Part shown: positions 8,120-17,345 of the stretch, piece by piece | Layout: each line of letters opens with the position of its first letter | Position numbering within the stretch: position 1 is the stretch's first letter | From: a virus | Lineage: Duplodnaviria > Heunggongvirae > Uroviricota > Caudoviricetes | IMG/VR virus record: IMGVR_UViG_3300012007_000010 | Coordinates: 1-64,000 of that record | DNA length: 64,000 nucleotides | Strand: one strand, 5' to 3' | Notes under the pieces: model-generated | Databases searched by the model: none | The model's input: only the letters and a program-made list of their open reading frames with translations | What the model was told of the DNA's origin: nothing | Program-made: the position numbers and the translations under genes

Positions 8120-8139
8120 AATTCGTTCAATTCGTAGTC

Positions 8140-8823
8140 TTATTCATCATCATCGTCGCAGTCGTGGTGCGTCATCTGGGCGAGAAAGCTCATCATGGCG
8201 GCACAGAGCATATTGCGGCGCTCCTGTCGGTCGCCGTCGATGCTGTCGGCGAGGCGGCGGGTCTTGCGGCGCAGGTCGAGCGCCTGACCTGCGAGGTTGG
8301 CACCTGTGGCAAGCATGAGCAGCACGGAGCAGATGGTAATCATCCAACTGCCGCCGACGATGAGCGGCAGGGCTATGAGTACCAGTGTCCATAGGGCGCA
8401 GAACGCTCCGGCGGCATACGTCCAGCGCAGCCTACGGCGCAGGCGGCGCAGCTCGTCGGCCATGTAGCCGTTGCCGCCGTCGGTGCTGCTCAGTATACGA
8501 GCCTTTCGGAAGAGGTCGCGCATTTGCTCCTGCTGCATCATAGAGGCGAGCGAGGTGGTGTTGATGGCACGGTCACCGAGCACAACGTGACACGCGCCCG
8601 TCTGCTCGTCATTGCCGCAGGTGCGGTCGGCGGCGCAGATGATCAGCCCCATGTCGCCGTCGCTGTCGTTGATATACTCCTTCTGCATGTACTCGGCGAA
8701 GCTCGCCACTTGGTTGATAAATGCCGACTCCTCGCGCAGCTTCTTTGCTTCTGCGGTCTGCCGGTTCTTGCTCTGACAAGCATCTCCTTGCGTCGCCGAG
8801 CGGTCTGTATTCTCTTGTCTCAT
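8140..8823 (-). CDS. membrane protein with C-terminal DDDDE tail (227 aa)
   Basis: Two hydrophobic TM stretches (AFCALWTLVLIALPLIVGGSWMITICSVLLMLATGANLAG). It ends with the same acidic tail as the neighbouring gene. Confidence 0.55.
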   Translation of the reverse strand: MRQENTDRSATQGDACQSKNRQTAEAKKLREESAFINQVASFAEYMQKEYINDSDGDMGLIICAADRTCGNDEQTGACHVVLGDRAINTTSLASMMQQEQMRDLFRKARILSSTDGGNGYMADELRRLRRRLRWTYAAGAFCALWTLVLIALPLIVGGSWMITICSVLLMLATGANLAGQALDLRRKTRRLADSIDGDRQERRNMLCAAMMSFLAQMTHHDCDDDDE

Positions 8824-8957
8824 ATCTTTACTCTTTTTGCCATAGTTTTTTATTAGGCTGTGCCGGGGGAACTCGCGTAATACGCTCGTTTACTGGACGG
8901 CGGCAGCAAATTCTTGCGTCCCTTCGGTAGCAAGCGACCAGAGGTCGAGCGATTCAT

Positions 8958-9137
8958 TATTCACTTCCTTTCGGTGTTATCGTCACTTCCCGTCCGTCGG
9001 TGCGGTAGAGGTCTGTGAGGCAGTCGGCCAGGCGTTTCATCTGGCGGTCGCTGTCGAGGGTAATGGTCGTCTGCAGGTCGCCCTCAGTTACATAGAGGAT
9101 GACGTGGTTCTGTTCGTAATGCTTGGTCTCTTTCATA
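8958..9137 (-). CDS. small hypothetical protein (~59 aa, MKETKHYEQNHVILYVTEGDLQTTITLDSDRQMKRLADCLTDLYRTDGREVTITPKGSE)
   Basis: Hand-translated ORF in an otherwise empty 300-bp gap. Coordinates are approximate (+/-1). Confidence 0.3.
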
Positions 9138-9149
9138 TTATTGTCTTTT

Positions 9150-9461
9150 TTACGATTTACTGTTTTCTTTCTCGTCGGATTTCACTTCGGGCTTCTCAAA
9201 GAGCCAGGACTTAATTTGGAAGTCGCCAACGGATTTGCCTATTAGAGCCGTGACGACGAAGGAAAGGAGAGCAATGGTGTTCAACACAGGAATGAATACT
9301 ACAATCAAACAGGCGATGTAGGCTATCCTCGGCAGGAAAATCCGTTTCGGCTCGCGCTGCTCCCAACTGTCGGGCACGTCGTACAGGCGATAGGCGAGCA
9401 GGTAGGTCGCATAGAGCGACGCTACCACACTCAGAATATATATGATGGTTGATGTTCCCAT
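9150..9461 (-). CDS. small membrane protein (103 aa, 3 TM), candidate partner of the SPFH protein
   Basis: Hydrophobic helices. Lies immediately downstream of the SPFH gene, as NfeD/YqiJ-type partners do. Confidence 0.5.
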   Translation of the reverse strand: MGTSTIIYILSVVASLYATYLLAYRLYDVPDSWEQREPKRIFLPRIAYIACLIVVFIPVLNTIALLSFVVTALIGKSVGDFQIKSWLFEKPEVKSDEKENSKS

Positions 9462-9465
9462 AGCC

Positions 9466-10317
9466 TTACTTCCCCATCACTTTACTTACGTCGAGCATCA
9501 TGCCGTTGCCGCCTACTATCTGCGGCATTTTTCCATCCCACTTCTCAATCATATCCTCCTGGATAATCATCGGGCTCAAAGAGGCGGCAATGGTCTTGTT
9601 GTAATATGCCTCGGCATCTGCCTTGATGCGCATGGCGCGGGCGGCACCTTCAGCCTTGGCTACGTCGATCTTCGCGTTGGCTTCGGCTTCCTTGACTTGA
9701 TTCTCTGCCTTCAGGGCGGATTGTATGGCGGCGTTCTTAGCATCTATCATGCTCGTCAGCGAGGCAGGCGGGGTAATCTTCGACGTAAACTCCTCGACGA
9801 GGAAGCCCTCGGCCATCATCGACTTCTCCAGTCGGCTGCGCACGTCGCGCTCAAAGTTGGCACGGTTCGACATCAGCGAGTCCGAGGTATACTGGTTGGC
9901 GCAGGTGCGGTAAGCTTCGTAGATGCAGGTGCGGATGTAGCCGTCCTCCAGCGACTTCACATCGACGCGGTACTTCACGAAGATGTCGCACGCCTTGACC
10001 GGGTTGATGTGGTAGGCAATCGTTGGGTCCATCTCGAAGATGGAGGCATCCTTGGCGTTCACCTTGATGGTCTCATACTGCTTGCGCTGCGTGAATGTCG
10101 GGTAGGTGAACACGTCGGTGGTGATGGGGTTGTAGAACACCCAGCCCTTGCACGTGCCCTCCACGCCGCCGTAGTCTTGCTCGGAGGCCGACCACTTATG
10201 AAACTTGATGCCTACCTCGCCTGAGTCAACCACCGTGCAGCAGGCGAAGAAGATAATTAACACGAGCAGTACCGAGGCTGCCACGGCAATGAGCCGCTTG
10301 ATTGTTTTTTGATCCAT
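9466..10317 (-). CDS. SPFH/band-7 (prohibitin/HflKC/flotillin-like) domain membrane protein (283 aa)
   Basis: N-terminal TM (LIAVAASVLLVLIIFFACC) followed by SGEVGIKFHKW. The C-terminal Ala/Glu/Lys-rich coiled coil (AIQSALKAENQVKEAEANAKIDVAKAEGAARAMRIKADAEAYYNK) is typical of SPFH proteins. Confidence 0.7.
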   Translation of the reverse strand: MDQKTIKRLIAVAASVLLVLIIFFACCTVVDSGEVGIKFHKWSASEQDYGGVEGTCKGWVFYNPITTDVFTYPTFTQRKQYETIKVNAKDASIFEMDPTIAYHINPVKACDIFVKYRVDVKSLEDGYIRTCIYEAYRTCANQYTSDSLMSNRANFERDVRSRLEKSMMAEGFLVEEFTSKITPPASLTSMIDAKNAAIQSALKAENQVKEAEANAKIDVAKAEGAARAMRIKADAEAYYNKTIAASLSPMIIQEDMIEKWDGKMPQIVGGNGMMLDVSKVMGK

Positions 10318-10346
10318 AATCGTTGTTGTTTAAAATTGGTGAATAA

Positions 10347-10649
10347 TTATTTTAATATCAGCCGCAGGGCGAAGAGGGCATTGCCGGGGTCGCCCATGCG
10401 TACTACTTCTTCATACACGTTCTCCAGTTGCCGGGGGTTGACCTCCTTGAAGCGGTTCATCTCCGGGATGGTCAGCCGGTGGCCCGCCAGCGTGGCAATC
10501 TTGAAGAGCATCGCCGTGCGCGAGAGGCCGTTGCCGCAGAAGCGGCGAGCTTGCTTCCGCTCGGCAGTGCCGGAGCAGGCTCCGCGCTGCTCTCGCTTAA
10601 CCGTAGCCTTGCCGAGGAAACGGCTCTTGGGGGTAATTGTTGTTGCCAT
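10347..10649 (-). CDS. hypothetical protein (100 aa)
   Basis: ORF with a start context (gccatagtcgtt) shared with the next small ORF. Confidence 0.4.
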   Translation of the reverse strand: MATTITPKSRFLGKATVKREQRGACSGTAERKQARRFCGNGLSRTAMLFKIATLAGHRLTIPEMNRFKEVNPRQLENVYEEVVRMGDPGNALFALRLILK

Positions 10650-10654
10650 AGTCG

Positions 10655-10831
10655 TTATCTCCTGTCAGGTTCTACCTTATATATTACTTTGGTCATTGTG
10701 CCGCCGGTGGCGAGCAATACCTTCACTTCCTTGCGCACGGCCTCGCCGTTGCGGATCATCTGGCGGAAGGTGTCGATGACCAGCTCCTCGCGGGTGCGAT
10801 GGTGGGGTGTGGGTTGTTGTTTCTTTGCCAT
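10655..10831 (-). CDS. small hypothetical protein (~58 aa, MAKKQQPTPHHRTREELVIDTFRQMIRNGEAVRKEVKVLLATGG...)
   Basis: Hand-translated ORF, below the ORF-track cutoff. Confidence 0.3.
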   Translation of the reverse strand: MAKKQQPTPHHRTREELVIDTFRQMIRNGEAVRKEVKVLLATGGTMTKVIYKVEPDRR

Positions 10832-10998
10832 AGTCGTTCAGTTTATTAGTCCAAGCGCCTGCCTCTCCTCGTCGGGGATATTATTCTCGGCGGTCAGTAC
10901 GATGTCAACGTCTGTCGTCAAGCGGGCTATCTACTGTTCCTTGATCATAGCGTTTCTTTGTTATGAGTACCAAATTTCGGGGATGTTTTCTGTTGTTG

Positions 10999-11715
10999 TC
11001 ATTGCCGTAGGGTTTTTAGTGATTGCCAGGTGTACCAGGATGAGCGCGTTGCGTCGTAGATGGCATCGTGCTGAATGCCGTCGTATTGAGAGGGTAGGGG
11101 AGAGAAGAGGTCGTAGGCCTTGCGGGAGCCGGCGAGGACTTCCTGCGGAGATACCGCAGGCGACGGGACGGGGGTGCCGTCCTGCGTGAGGAACTCGGCG
11201 GCGGCTACGGCCTCCAGTTGCTGCCGGCAGGCCAGCTTGTAGGCGGCTTCGAGGATGATGGTTCGGCAGTCGCGCAGCTGGGTGTGGGGGATGATGCTCT
11301 CCAGGTCGATGTCGAAGCGACGGCAAAGGGAACGGAGGATGGCACAGTCTACGTCCATGCCGTGCGCCCAGAGGCAGATGCTCTCCAGCTTATGCTCCTC
11401 CACCAAGCGTCGGATGAAGTTGAGCGCACCCACGAGCACGTCGGCAATCGGTTCTGGCAGGTCGCGGCATACGGCCCGCTTCGCGTCGTCACTCCGTCGG
11501 CTCCACCAGTCGATGGTGGCGGGGTCGAAGTCCATGCCCTCCACCACGCAGGAACGGAGGTCAACATAGTTCACGAAAGGCTCTGCGTCGGCCTTGCTCA
11601 TAAACGGCTCCACGTCGGCATCGCGCAGCCAGGGCACGACGGCCACCTGCATGATGGCGGCATTATCCGAGAGCGAGCAGGTCTCAAAGTCGATGGTAAA
11701 ATCTAAGTGTTTCAT
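10999..11715 (-). CDS. DEDDh-type 3'-5' exonuclease (DnaQ/epsilon-like) (238 aa)
   Basis: Exo I motif FTIDFETCSL (D.E), Exo II WAHGMDVDCAIL, Exo III HDAIYDA (H....D). Confidence 0.7.
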   Translation of the reverse strand: MKHLDFTIDFETCSLSDNAAIMQVAVVPWLRDADVEPFMSKADAEPFVNYVDLRSCVVEGMDFDPATIDWWSRRSDDAKRAVCRDLPEPIADVLVGALNFIRRLVEEHKLESICLWAHGMDVDCAILRSLCRRFDIDLESIIPHTQLRDCRTIILEAAYKLACRQQLEAVAAAEFLTQDGTPVPSPAVSPQEVLAGSRKAYDLFSPLPSQYDGIQHDAIYDATRSSWYTWQSLKTLRQ

Positions 11716-11717
11716 TG

Positions 11718-12059
11718 TTATTCTATTTTGGTGATGTCTATTACGTGTTGTTCAACGTAGGTGAGAGTCCCTTCGTAGCCCAGATTTTTCAGCGCTTTCA
11801 TCAGTTCGCGGGGCTTGAACTCGCTCAGCCGCATGCGGCGGGCTTCCTCCAACTGGCGGCGCAGCTCGGCCACCTCGTCGGTCTTTTTCGCTTTACGAGC
11901 CATACCAGATTTTTTGCTAATACATTCAGTACAAGTGTGAAGTCTGTGCCGATATTGTGGCTCTCCGACCATTCTGAATTGCTCGATGGGCAGCTCGCGT
12001 CCGCAGCACTTACATACCTGTGTCGCGGCATCGGGGGGGGTAGTTTTACTTGTTTCCAT
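11718..12059 (-). CDS. zinc-ribbon protein (113 aa)
   Basis: CKCCG...CTEC CxxC pairs plus a basic C-terminal coiled coil. Confidence 0.5.
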   Translation of the reverse strand: METSKTTPPDAATQVCKCCGRELPIEQFRMVGEPQYRHRLHTCTECISKKSGMARKAKKTDEVAELRRQLEEARRMRLSEFKPRELMKALKNLGYEGTLTYVEQHVIDITKIE

Positions 12060-12089
12060 TGTGTGTAGCTTTTAGGGTTGATAGTTTTT

Positions 12090-12248
12090 TCACATCGAAA
12101 TGATGTTCCTGCGTTTCAGGATTTCGCGCACTGTGTCGGCATTCACCTTGACGATGCTGGCGATGTTGGCTACGTGCCATCCTTCTTTCTGCAGCCGGAT
12201 GACCTGCTGTTCCAGGGCTTTGCCCCCATGTACTCTTGTTGTTGCCAT
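12090..12248 (-). CDS. small HTH protein (~52 aa, MATTRVHGGKALEQQVIRLQKEGWHVANIASIVKVNADTVREILKRRNIISM)
   Basis: Hand-translated third-frame ORF with an HTH-like segment (WHVANIASIVKVNADTVREIL). The two listed ORFs here (12046..12282 and 12078..12275) look spurious. Confidence 0.4.
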   Translation of the reverse strand: MATTRVHGGKALEQQVIRLQKEGWHVANIASIVKVNADTVREILKRRNIISM

Positions 12249-12278
12249 AATACTTCAGTCGGTTGTTTAAGTTAATGA

Positions 12279-12719
12279 TCATTTTTGTTCGCTATTGATG
12301 TTCTCGATGGTCAGCAGTATCTTCTGCATGGCATCCTCGATTTTCTCCATGCGCTTCTTGCGCTCTGTGAGGGCGGTGAGGATGACGTTCACGTTGCGCA
12401 CCAGGTCGCCGGCGTAATTACGGCTTAATTTCTCCTCGGCCTCACGGGCACGTTCCTTCAGTGCCTCCATTTCGCGCTTGTAGGCCTCCAATTTCCTGTG
12501 TTGTTCGGCAATGATTTCAAGGTCGGTAGCCTCGCCTGTGGCACAGGCGTGACGCTCTATCAGTTCGCAGCGGAACCACTCGTGGCCACCCTGCGGCATA
12601 CTGATGCGTACAGAGCGCGTGGGAAAGCATACGTTGTTCACGCGGCCCGTGATACCGCCGTCGATGGTGACGGTATCGTAGGGACGCCACACCTGTTGAA
12701 AAAATTCTTTCTCTGTCAT
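12279..12719 (-). CDS. hypothetical protein with coiled-coil C-terminus (146 aa)
   Basis: Protein-like ORF. Confidence 0.5.
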   Translation of the reverse strand: MTEKEFFQQVWRPYDTVTIDGGITGRVNNVCFPTRSVRISMPQGGHEWFRCELIERHACATGEATDLEIIAEQHRKLEAYKREMEALKERAREAEEKLSRNYAGDLVRNVNVILTALTERKKRMEKIEDAMQKILLTIENINSEQK

Positions 12720-12728
12720 AGTAATTCG

Positions 12729-12950
12729 TTATTTATTGTATCTGTATGAAATTCGCCCACGGGTGAGGTCGTAGGGCGAGAGCTCTACCTCCACGCGGTC
12801 GCCAACCATCACGCGGATATGATGCTGGCGGATTTTGCCAGAGAGGGAGGCGAGGATGGTGATGCCATTGTCTAACTCCACTCGGAAGTTATCGCGGCTC
12901 AGGTTCTCTACGACGCGGCCTTGTGCCTTAATCTGATCTTTTTTACCCAT
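12729..12950 (-). CDS. infA: translation initiation factor IF-1 homolog (73 aa)
   Basis: [70 protein letters not shown] aligns along its whole length with bacterial IF-1 (…[61 protein letters not shown]). Confidence 0.85.
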   Translation of the reverse strand: MGKKDQIKAQGRVVENLSRDNFRVELDNGITILASLSGKIRQHHIRVMVGDRVEVELSPYDLTRGRISYRYNK

Positions 12951-12992
12951 TGCTCTGTTTTACTATATTATTGACTATCAGACTGTTATTTA

Positions 12993-13451
12993 TCATAACA
13001 CCGATTCTAATACTTTCCCGGTCTGCGGTTTCTTGCGTCTCCGTTCCCGCTCATGCTGGCGGAAATCTGCGTCCTTCCAGTAGTGTCGCCGGCGCTTCTC
13101 TAAGTAGTTCTGATGTCGCCGCTCTCGGTCATGATCGAGGAACGGGCTGCAGAACTCCGGCATATCGTCGGCCATTTGTTGCAGTGTCTTGGTAGCCTCG
13201 CGCTGTGCCTTCGTCAGTGTGCCGAGAATGGGCAGCGCGGCCATGCACTCGCTGAGCAGCTGGCGGATGTTCGCCTGTCGGGTCTGCCGTAGCTTCGGCC
13301 ATTGCCGCCGACGCTTGCGCTCGCTCTCCACCGTGCGGTAGTATTTTCTCTTCATGCCTTCGCGGCTCTGGCCCTGATAGGTCCAAACGGCTTGACCTGT
13401 TACCTTGCTGTAACAGATGTAGCGATACTGAGGTGGACGACGTTGGTACAT
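12993..13451 (-). CDS. hypothetical highly basic protein (152 aa)
   Basis: R/K-rich ORF that abuts the primase gene. Confidence 0.45.
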   Translation of the reverse strand: MYQRRPPQYRYICYSKVTGQAVWTYQGQSREGMKRKYYRTVESERKRRRQWPKLRQTRQANIRQLLSECMAALPILGTLTKAQREATKTLQQMADDMPEFCSPFLDHDRERRHQNYLEKRRRHYWKDADFRQHERERRRKKPQTGKVLESVL

Positions 13452-13456
13452 ATTGT

Positions 13457-16400
13457 TTATTCTTCATTATTCACTTTTTCTGGATCCTCCTTGGCCGCTG
13501 CCTGCACATAGCCCTCCTCATATTCCTTACCTACGGTGTAGGGATTGGCAGGGATGCCGCCGGGGCGGTTGCGGTAGAAGTAATGCACGAAGACGTGCTG
13601 AGAGAGTTCGCGGGGCACACGCTCGCCGGTCGATACCTCGCGGCGGTACTGGTTCTTGACGGTCTTTTCCACGGGCTTGCCACCAGCGTCGAGCACAGTG
13701 AGCCAGGCGCGGGCCTGACGGCCACCGTGACGTCGATACGAGGCGGTGGTCAGTACCACGTCAGGGTCCATCACGATGCCCATGCGGTTCAGGCAGGGCT
13801 TCAGGCTCTTGGCAATGCGCTTCTTCGCCTTCTCGATGGAGTCGAAGCAGACGCTCTCTCCCTCGCTGTCGAGCAGGCTGATAGCCATCTCCTGCGGCGC
13901 GATGGGCTGGCCGATGTGGGGGTTGTTCGGGATGTCCTCAAAGTACTGCACCAGCCAGTCGGTCAGTGCGCCGTCCTTGGTCATGGCGTAGAGCTCGCGG
14001 CGCAGGCTGCGTGTCTCGGTCGGCGGCAGGATGACCTCGCCGGGGTGCTGCAGATAGAACTGCGCACAGCATAGCAGGAGGTTGCGGGCCTCGTTGAGCA
14101 GGTGCATGGGCAGTCCGTTGGCTACCTCCTGCACACCATATTCCTCCTGAAACTCGTCGGTCGGTGTGAAGTCGAGCCAGCGTCCGTCGTCGGTGGCGGC
14201 ATGATAGTAGTCGGAGGTGAAGCAGGGATAGATACGCCCTTTCACTGAGCCGCCGGAGCGGTCGAAGGGTTTGTTGCTGGCGATGAATATCTTGGGCACG
14301 TCCTCGCCGCGCAGGGTGACGGGCTGCTTGTAGAGGGTCTTGATGACGATGGTGGTGCCGGTGTTGAACATATCCTCGAACTTGAAGTTGTCTGGCAACT
14401 CGTCAATGCAGACGAGCGAGTGGACTCCTGGCACCACGTTGCCCATCATCACCTCGATGGTGATGTTCTTCATCGACTTGCCTGCGATGTTGGCCGACGA
14501 CGGGCGCACCGTGGCCAACAGGTCGATGTCTGCGCTCTTGCCGTTGCGCCCGCTGGCTTTGTTCTCGTCGGTCACGCTGTAGTCGGTGATATGTACGGCC
14601 CGCTGCACGGCGCGGCTGCGGTGGCGCGTGAGGGCATAACCGAAGGCATGGACTTTGTTGATGAAGTGCATGTCCTGCATCTGGCGCTCGGTGGCCGTCA
14701 GCGTCTCGCCAAAACTTTGTTTCTCCCAGAAGATGCGCCCCTGGTTGTAGAGAAAGCGGAAGTGCATCGGCATCTGGTCGAGTGGCTTATCCATAATGAG
14801 CTGGTATTTCCACAGCTGCTCCCACTCCTTCCAACGGGTGTTCTCGGCTGCACGCATGGCGGGGGTCGAGCATTGGCGGCTGATGCCCTCGTGACGTTTC
14901 TTCTCGGCCTCGTATCTGGGGTTGACGATGATGCGCCACGGTTGCGGGATGGCCGTGAAGTCGCCCGGCATGATCAGCTCCTCGTTGGTCAGGTAGGGCA
15001 TCTGCTCGTAGCCTACGGTGACAATTTTTTCTTTGTTGACGAGCACGGCGGTGTTATCGAAAAAGAAGTAGTCGAAGTCATCGCCGTATGAGTGATCATT
15101 GATTGGAATCGACGGCATGGTGCTCAGTGTGCGCCCGTCGAGTCCCTTGCCGGTGAAGACGGCGTTCACGAGGTTGGCCTTGTATGGCGCGTCGGCCTCG
15201 CTGATGTGCGCGTCGAGCCAGTCGAGCATCGCCGTGCGGCTGACGCTCTCCAGCTGGTTGCCCGTGCGCCCGTTGTCGAGCAGGCGGTAGGTGTTCTTGT
15301 GCGTCAGCTGATAGAACATGCGCTGCCCCTGGTTGTTGGCATAGCAGCGTATGCCCTTCGCTTCCAAGAACTGCAGGAGGTTGGCCACGCTCAGCACGTA
15401 GCGCACGTTTGTCTCGCGGCTCTCACCGTCGCGGTTCTTCTTGGTGGTGGCTTTGTCTATCCAGAACTGCATCGTCAGGGCGTTGTCGAGCATGCGCATC
15501 AGTGCTGCACTTGGGTTGGCCTTGCGCAGGTCTGGGGCCAGCAACTTCTGAATCTGCGGAAAATGCGTCACGAAGTCGGTGACGTCCTTCAGGGGCTTCG
15601 GCAATTTCGGAGTACTCTGACTATTCTGAGAGCTCTGAGAACTCTGAACCACCTGCTCCATCTCCCTCGGCAGCCGAACCCAATGCACGTTGGCATTCTC
15701 AAGGGCAATGCTGCTGCTACTGCTGATGCCCGTCGCATCGAGGTCGTAGCAAACATATATATTACAGGCCACCGTCTGCATGCGGCAGAGCAGCATCTGC
15801 AGCCATTCTTCCACCACGCCTTCGTGTATGCCAGACGTCTCGCTGTTGAGCCACAGCACATGAGCATCGGTGGCAGCCCACATCTGCATCGCGTCGCGCG
15901 GACCGGAGCACAGCACCAGTCGCTTCATCTTGTAGTAGGTATTCTTCTCGCCGTTCTCCTCGCGCATCAGCTTCACGAGCGGGTGACGCGGGTCTTTCAT
16001 CACGTCCATCCACCAGGGGCGGTCGGCGTTGCCGTCGCCCGTCGTGTGCTCAGCGGTTTTTCCGCCGACGGTCATCTGCCTCAGTGCCGCTACCGCTACG
16101 CTGTCACCATACGCCTTCGTCGCCACACCCTCCTTTTTGTCCCAGTACCACTTCGTCCTGCCGCTGGCTTTCGGCTCATACTTCTTCACGCCCCAGTCGT
16201 AGGTAAAGACGAATATGGGGTAAGACGGACGGGCATGTACCTCCAGTGAGCAATGACCGCCCTGTTTGGCATCCACCGGCCCAGTGATGAACGTCGCCAC
16301 GGGGAACACGGAGAACTCGCGCTCCAGCACTTCGCCCCATTCCTGGGCGGTCTTGGTTCCTCCCCTGCCCCGCCAGTAGTTGCGGTCGAGCGAGCAGCGG

Positions 16401-16999
16401 TACAGCGGCAGGCCACTATCAGGGTCGAACTCCGTCACCATGTCGCCTATCTGAATCTCGGCACGGTCGGCATCGTCGGTCTCTTCCCCACCCTGCTTTA
16501 TTTTCTCCACGTCCCCCTGCTCGGCTTTGCGCCTTGCCAGCTCCACCTTGAATCCCAGCGCACGCAGGTGCTGTTCCGTCCAGGGTGTCAGGTCGAACTC
16601 GCACTCCTGAGGTTTGACAGCCTGTGTGTGCTGCTCCGGCGTGGTCGGTGCCACACCGCTTAGCTCTATGCCGTGGTCGTCAACAAGTCGCTGCAGCACT
16701 TCCCCCATTTGTTTGTTGGTCAGTGCCGTGTGGTCGTAGCCCAGTAGCGCGGCCTGCAGCGAGATAGCGCCGTAGCCGCGTCGCCCGCATTTACCGTAGC
16801 ATATCCAGCCCGAAGAGTCGGCACCGCCATCGACGCTCTGGTCCACCTTGAACGACGGTGTCCTGTCGTTGTGGTCGGGGAACGGACAGTAGTACGTCGC
16901 CTTACCCTTCTTCGGCAGATGGTAAGGCTCATATCCATTCTCGCGCATCACATCAACAAGCGAGATGTTCTTCAGTATCTTGATGTCTTCTTTTGTCAC
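13457..16999 (-). CDS. DNA primase-helicase (1180 aa)
   Basis: N-terminal CHC2-type zinc finger (YYCPFPDHNDRTPSFKVD...CYGKCG) as in DnaG/phage primases. C-terminal NTPase segment with a Walker-A-like GRNGKS and Walker B LVCIDELPD (SF3/D5-like). Confidence 0.8.
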   Translation of the reverse strand: MTKEDIKILKNISLVDVMRENGYEPYHLPKKGKATYYCPFPDHNDRTPSFKVDQSVDGGADSSGWICYGKCGRRGYGAISLQAALLGYDHTALTNKQMGEVLQRLVDDHGIELSGVAPTTPEQHTQAVKPQECEFDLTPWTEQHLRALGFKVELARRKAEQGDVEKIKQGGEETDDADRAEIQIGDMVTEFDPDSGLPLYRCSLDRNYWRGRGGTKTAQEWGEVLEREFSVFPVATFITGPVDAKQGGHCSLEVHARPSYPIFVFTYDWGVKKYEPKASGRTKWYWDKKEGVATKAYGDSVAVAALRQMTVGGKTAEHTTGDGNADRPWWMDVMKDPRHPLVKLMREENGEKNTYYKMKRLVLCSGPRDAMQMWAATDAHVLWLNSETSGIHEGVVEEWLQMLLCRMQTVACNIYVCYDLDATGISSSSSIALENANVHWVRLPREMEQVVQSSQSSQNSQSTPKLPKPLKDVTDFVTHFPQIQKLLAPDLRKANPSAALMRMLDNALTMQFWIDKATTKKNRDGESRETNVRYVLSVANLLQFLEAKGIRCYANNQGQRMFYQLTHKNTYRLLDNGRTGNQLESVSRTAMLDWLDAHISEADAPYKANLVNAVFTGKGLDGRTLSTMPSIPINDHSYGDDFDYFFFDNTAVLVNKEKIVTVGYEQMPYLTNEELIMPGDFTAIPQPWRIIVNPRYEAEKKRHEGISRQCSTPAMRAAENTRWKEWEQLWKYQLIMDKPLDQMPMHFRFLYNQGRIFWEKQSFGETLTATERQMQDMHFINKVHAFGYALTRHRSRAVQRAVHITDYSVTDENKASGRNGKSADIDLLATVRPSSANIAGKSMKNITIEVMMGNVVPGVHSLVCIDELPDNFKFEDMFNTGTTIVIKTLYKQPVTLRGEDVPKIFIASNKPFDRSGGSVKGRIYPCFTSDYYHAATDDGRWLDFTPTDEFQEEYGVQEVANGLPMHLLNEARNLLLCCAQFYLQHPGEVILPPTETRSLRRELYAMTKDGALTDWLVQYFEDIPNNPHIGQPIAPQEMAISLLDSEGESVCFDSIEKAKKRIAKSLKPCLNRMGIVMDPDVVLTTASYRRHGGRQARAWLTVLDAGGKPVEKTVKNQYRREVSTGERVPRELSQHVFVHYFYRNRPGGIPANPYTVGKEYEEGYVQAAAKEDPEKVNNEE

Positions 17000-17024
17000 G
17001 ACTTGTTAGTAGTATAACCGGTTT

Positions 17025-17333
17025 TTAAAACGGTATCTCTTTCTTCTGCGCCAGCTGCAGTTCGCCCCGCAGTGCGTCTGCCTCTATTTTATATTGGGCG
17101 ATGGCGGCATCCTTGTCCTTGATGCGTTCGCGCAGGTTCTCCACGAGCTGCTGCAGCGAGGCCAGTTGCTTACGCTCGGCCTCCCACCGCTCCACCATAT
17201 TGTAATATAGTTCTTGCAGGCCGCGCACATTATCGCCGGCCTGCTCCAGCTTCGCCGTCAGGTCGTCGCGCTCAGCCCGATAGGGATTGTTGCCCAGCAG
17301 GGCCGAAAGAAGATTCTTGAAGTATTGTTTCAT
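17025..17333 (-). CDS. coiled-coil protein (102 aa)
   Basis: Heptad-rich sequence (LQELYYNMVERWEAERKQLASLQQLVENLRERIKDKDAAIAQYKIEADALRGELQLAQKK). Confidence 0.45.
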   Translation of the reverse strand: MKQYFKNLLSALLGNNPYRAERDDLTAKLEQAGDNVRGLQELYYNMVERWEAERKQLASLQQLVENLRERIKDKDAAIAQYKIEADALRGELQLAQKKEIPF

Positions 17334-17345
17334 GTCAAAAGCCTC

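Noticed and set aside
10832-10998. Possible small genes in the 165-bp gap upstream of the exonuclease gene
   Set aside because: Every frame terminates within a few codons. The gap is treated as non-coding (likely promoter or terminator space).
12046-12282. ORF-track ORFs 12046..12282 (-) and 12078..12275 (+)
   Set aside because: Both translate to His/Arg/Gln- or Cys-rich low-complexity peptides. The third frame encodes a clean 52-aa HTH protein (12090..12248) and was preferred.
13433-16999. Plus-strand ORFs antisense to the primase-helicase (13433..14074, 14420..15091, 15092..16249)
   Set aside because: They lie inside a well-supported 1180-aa minus-strand gene and have low-complexity Arg/His/Leu/Val composition.
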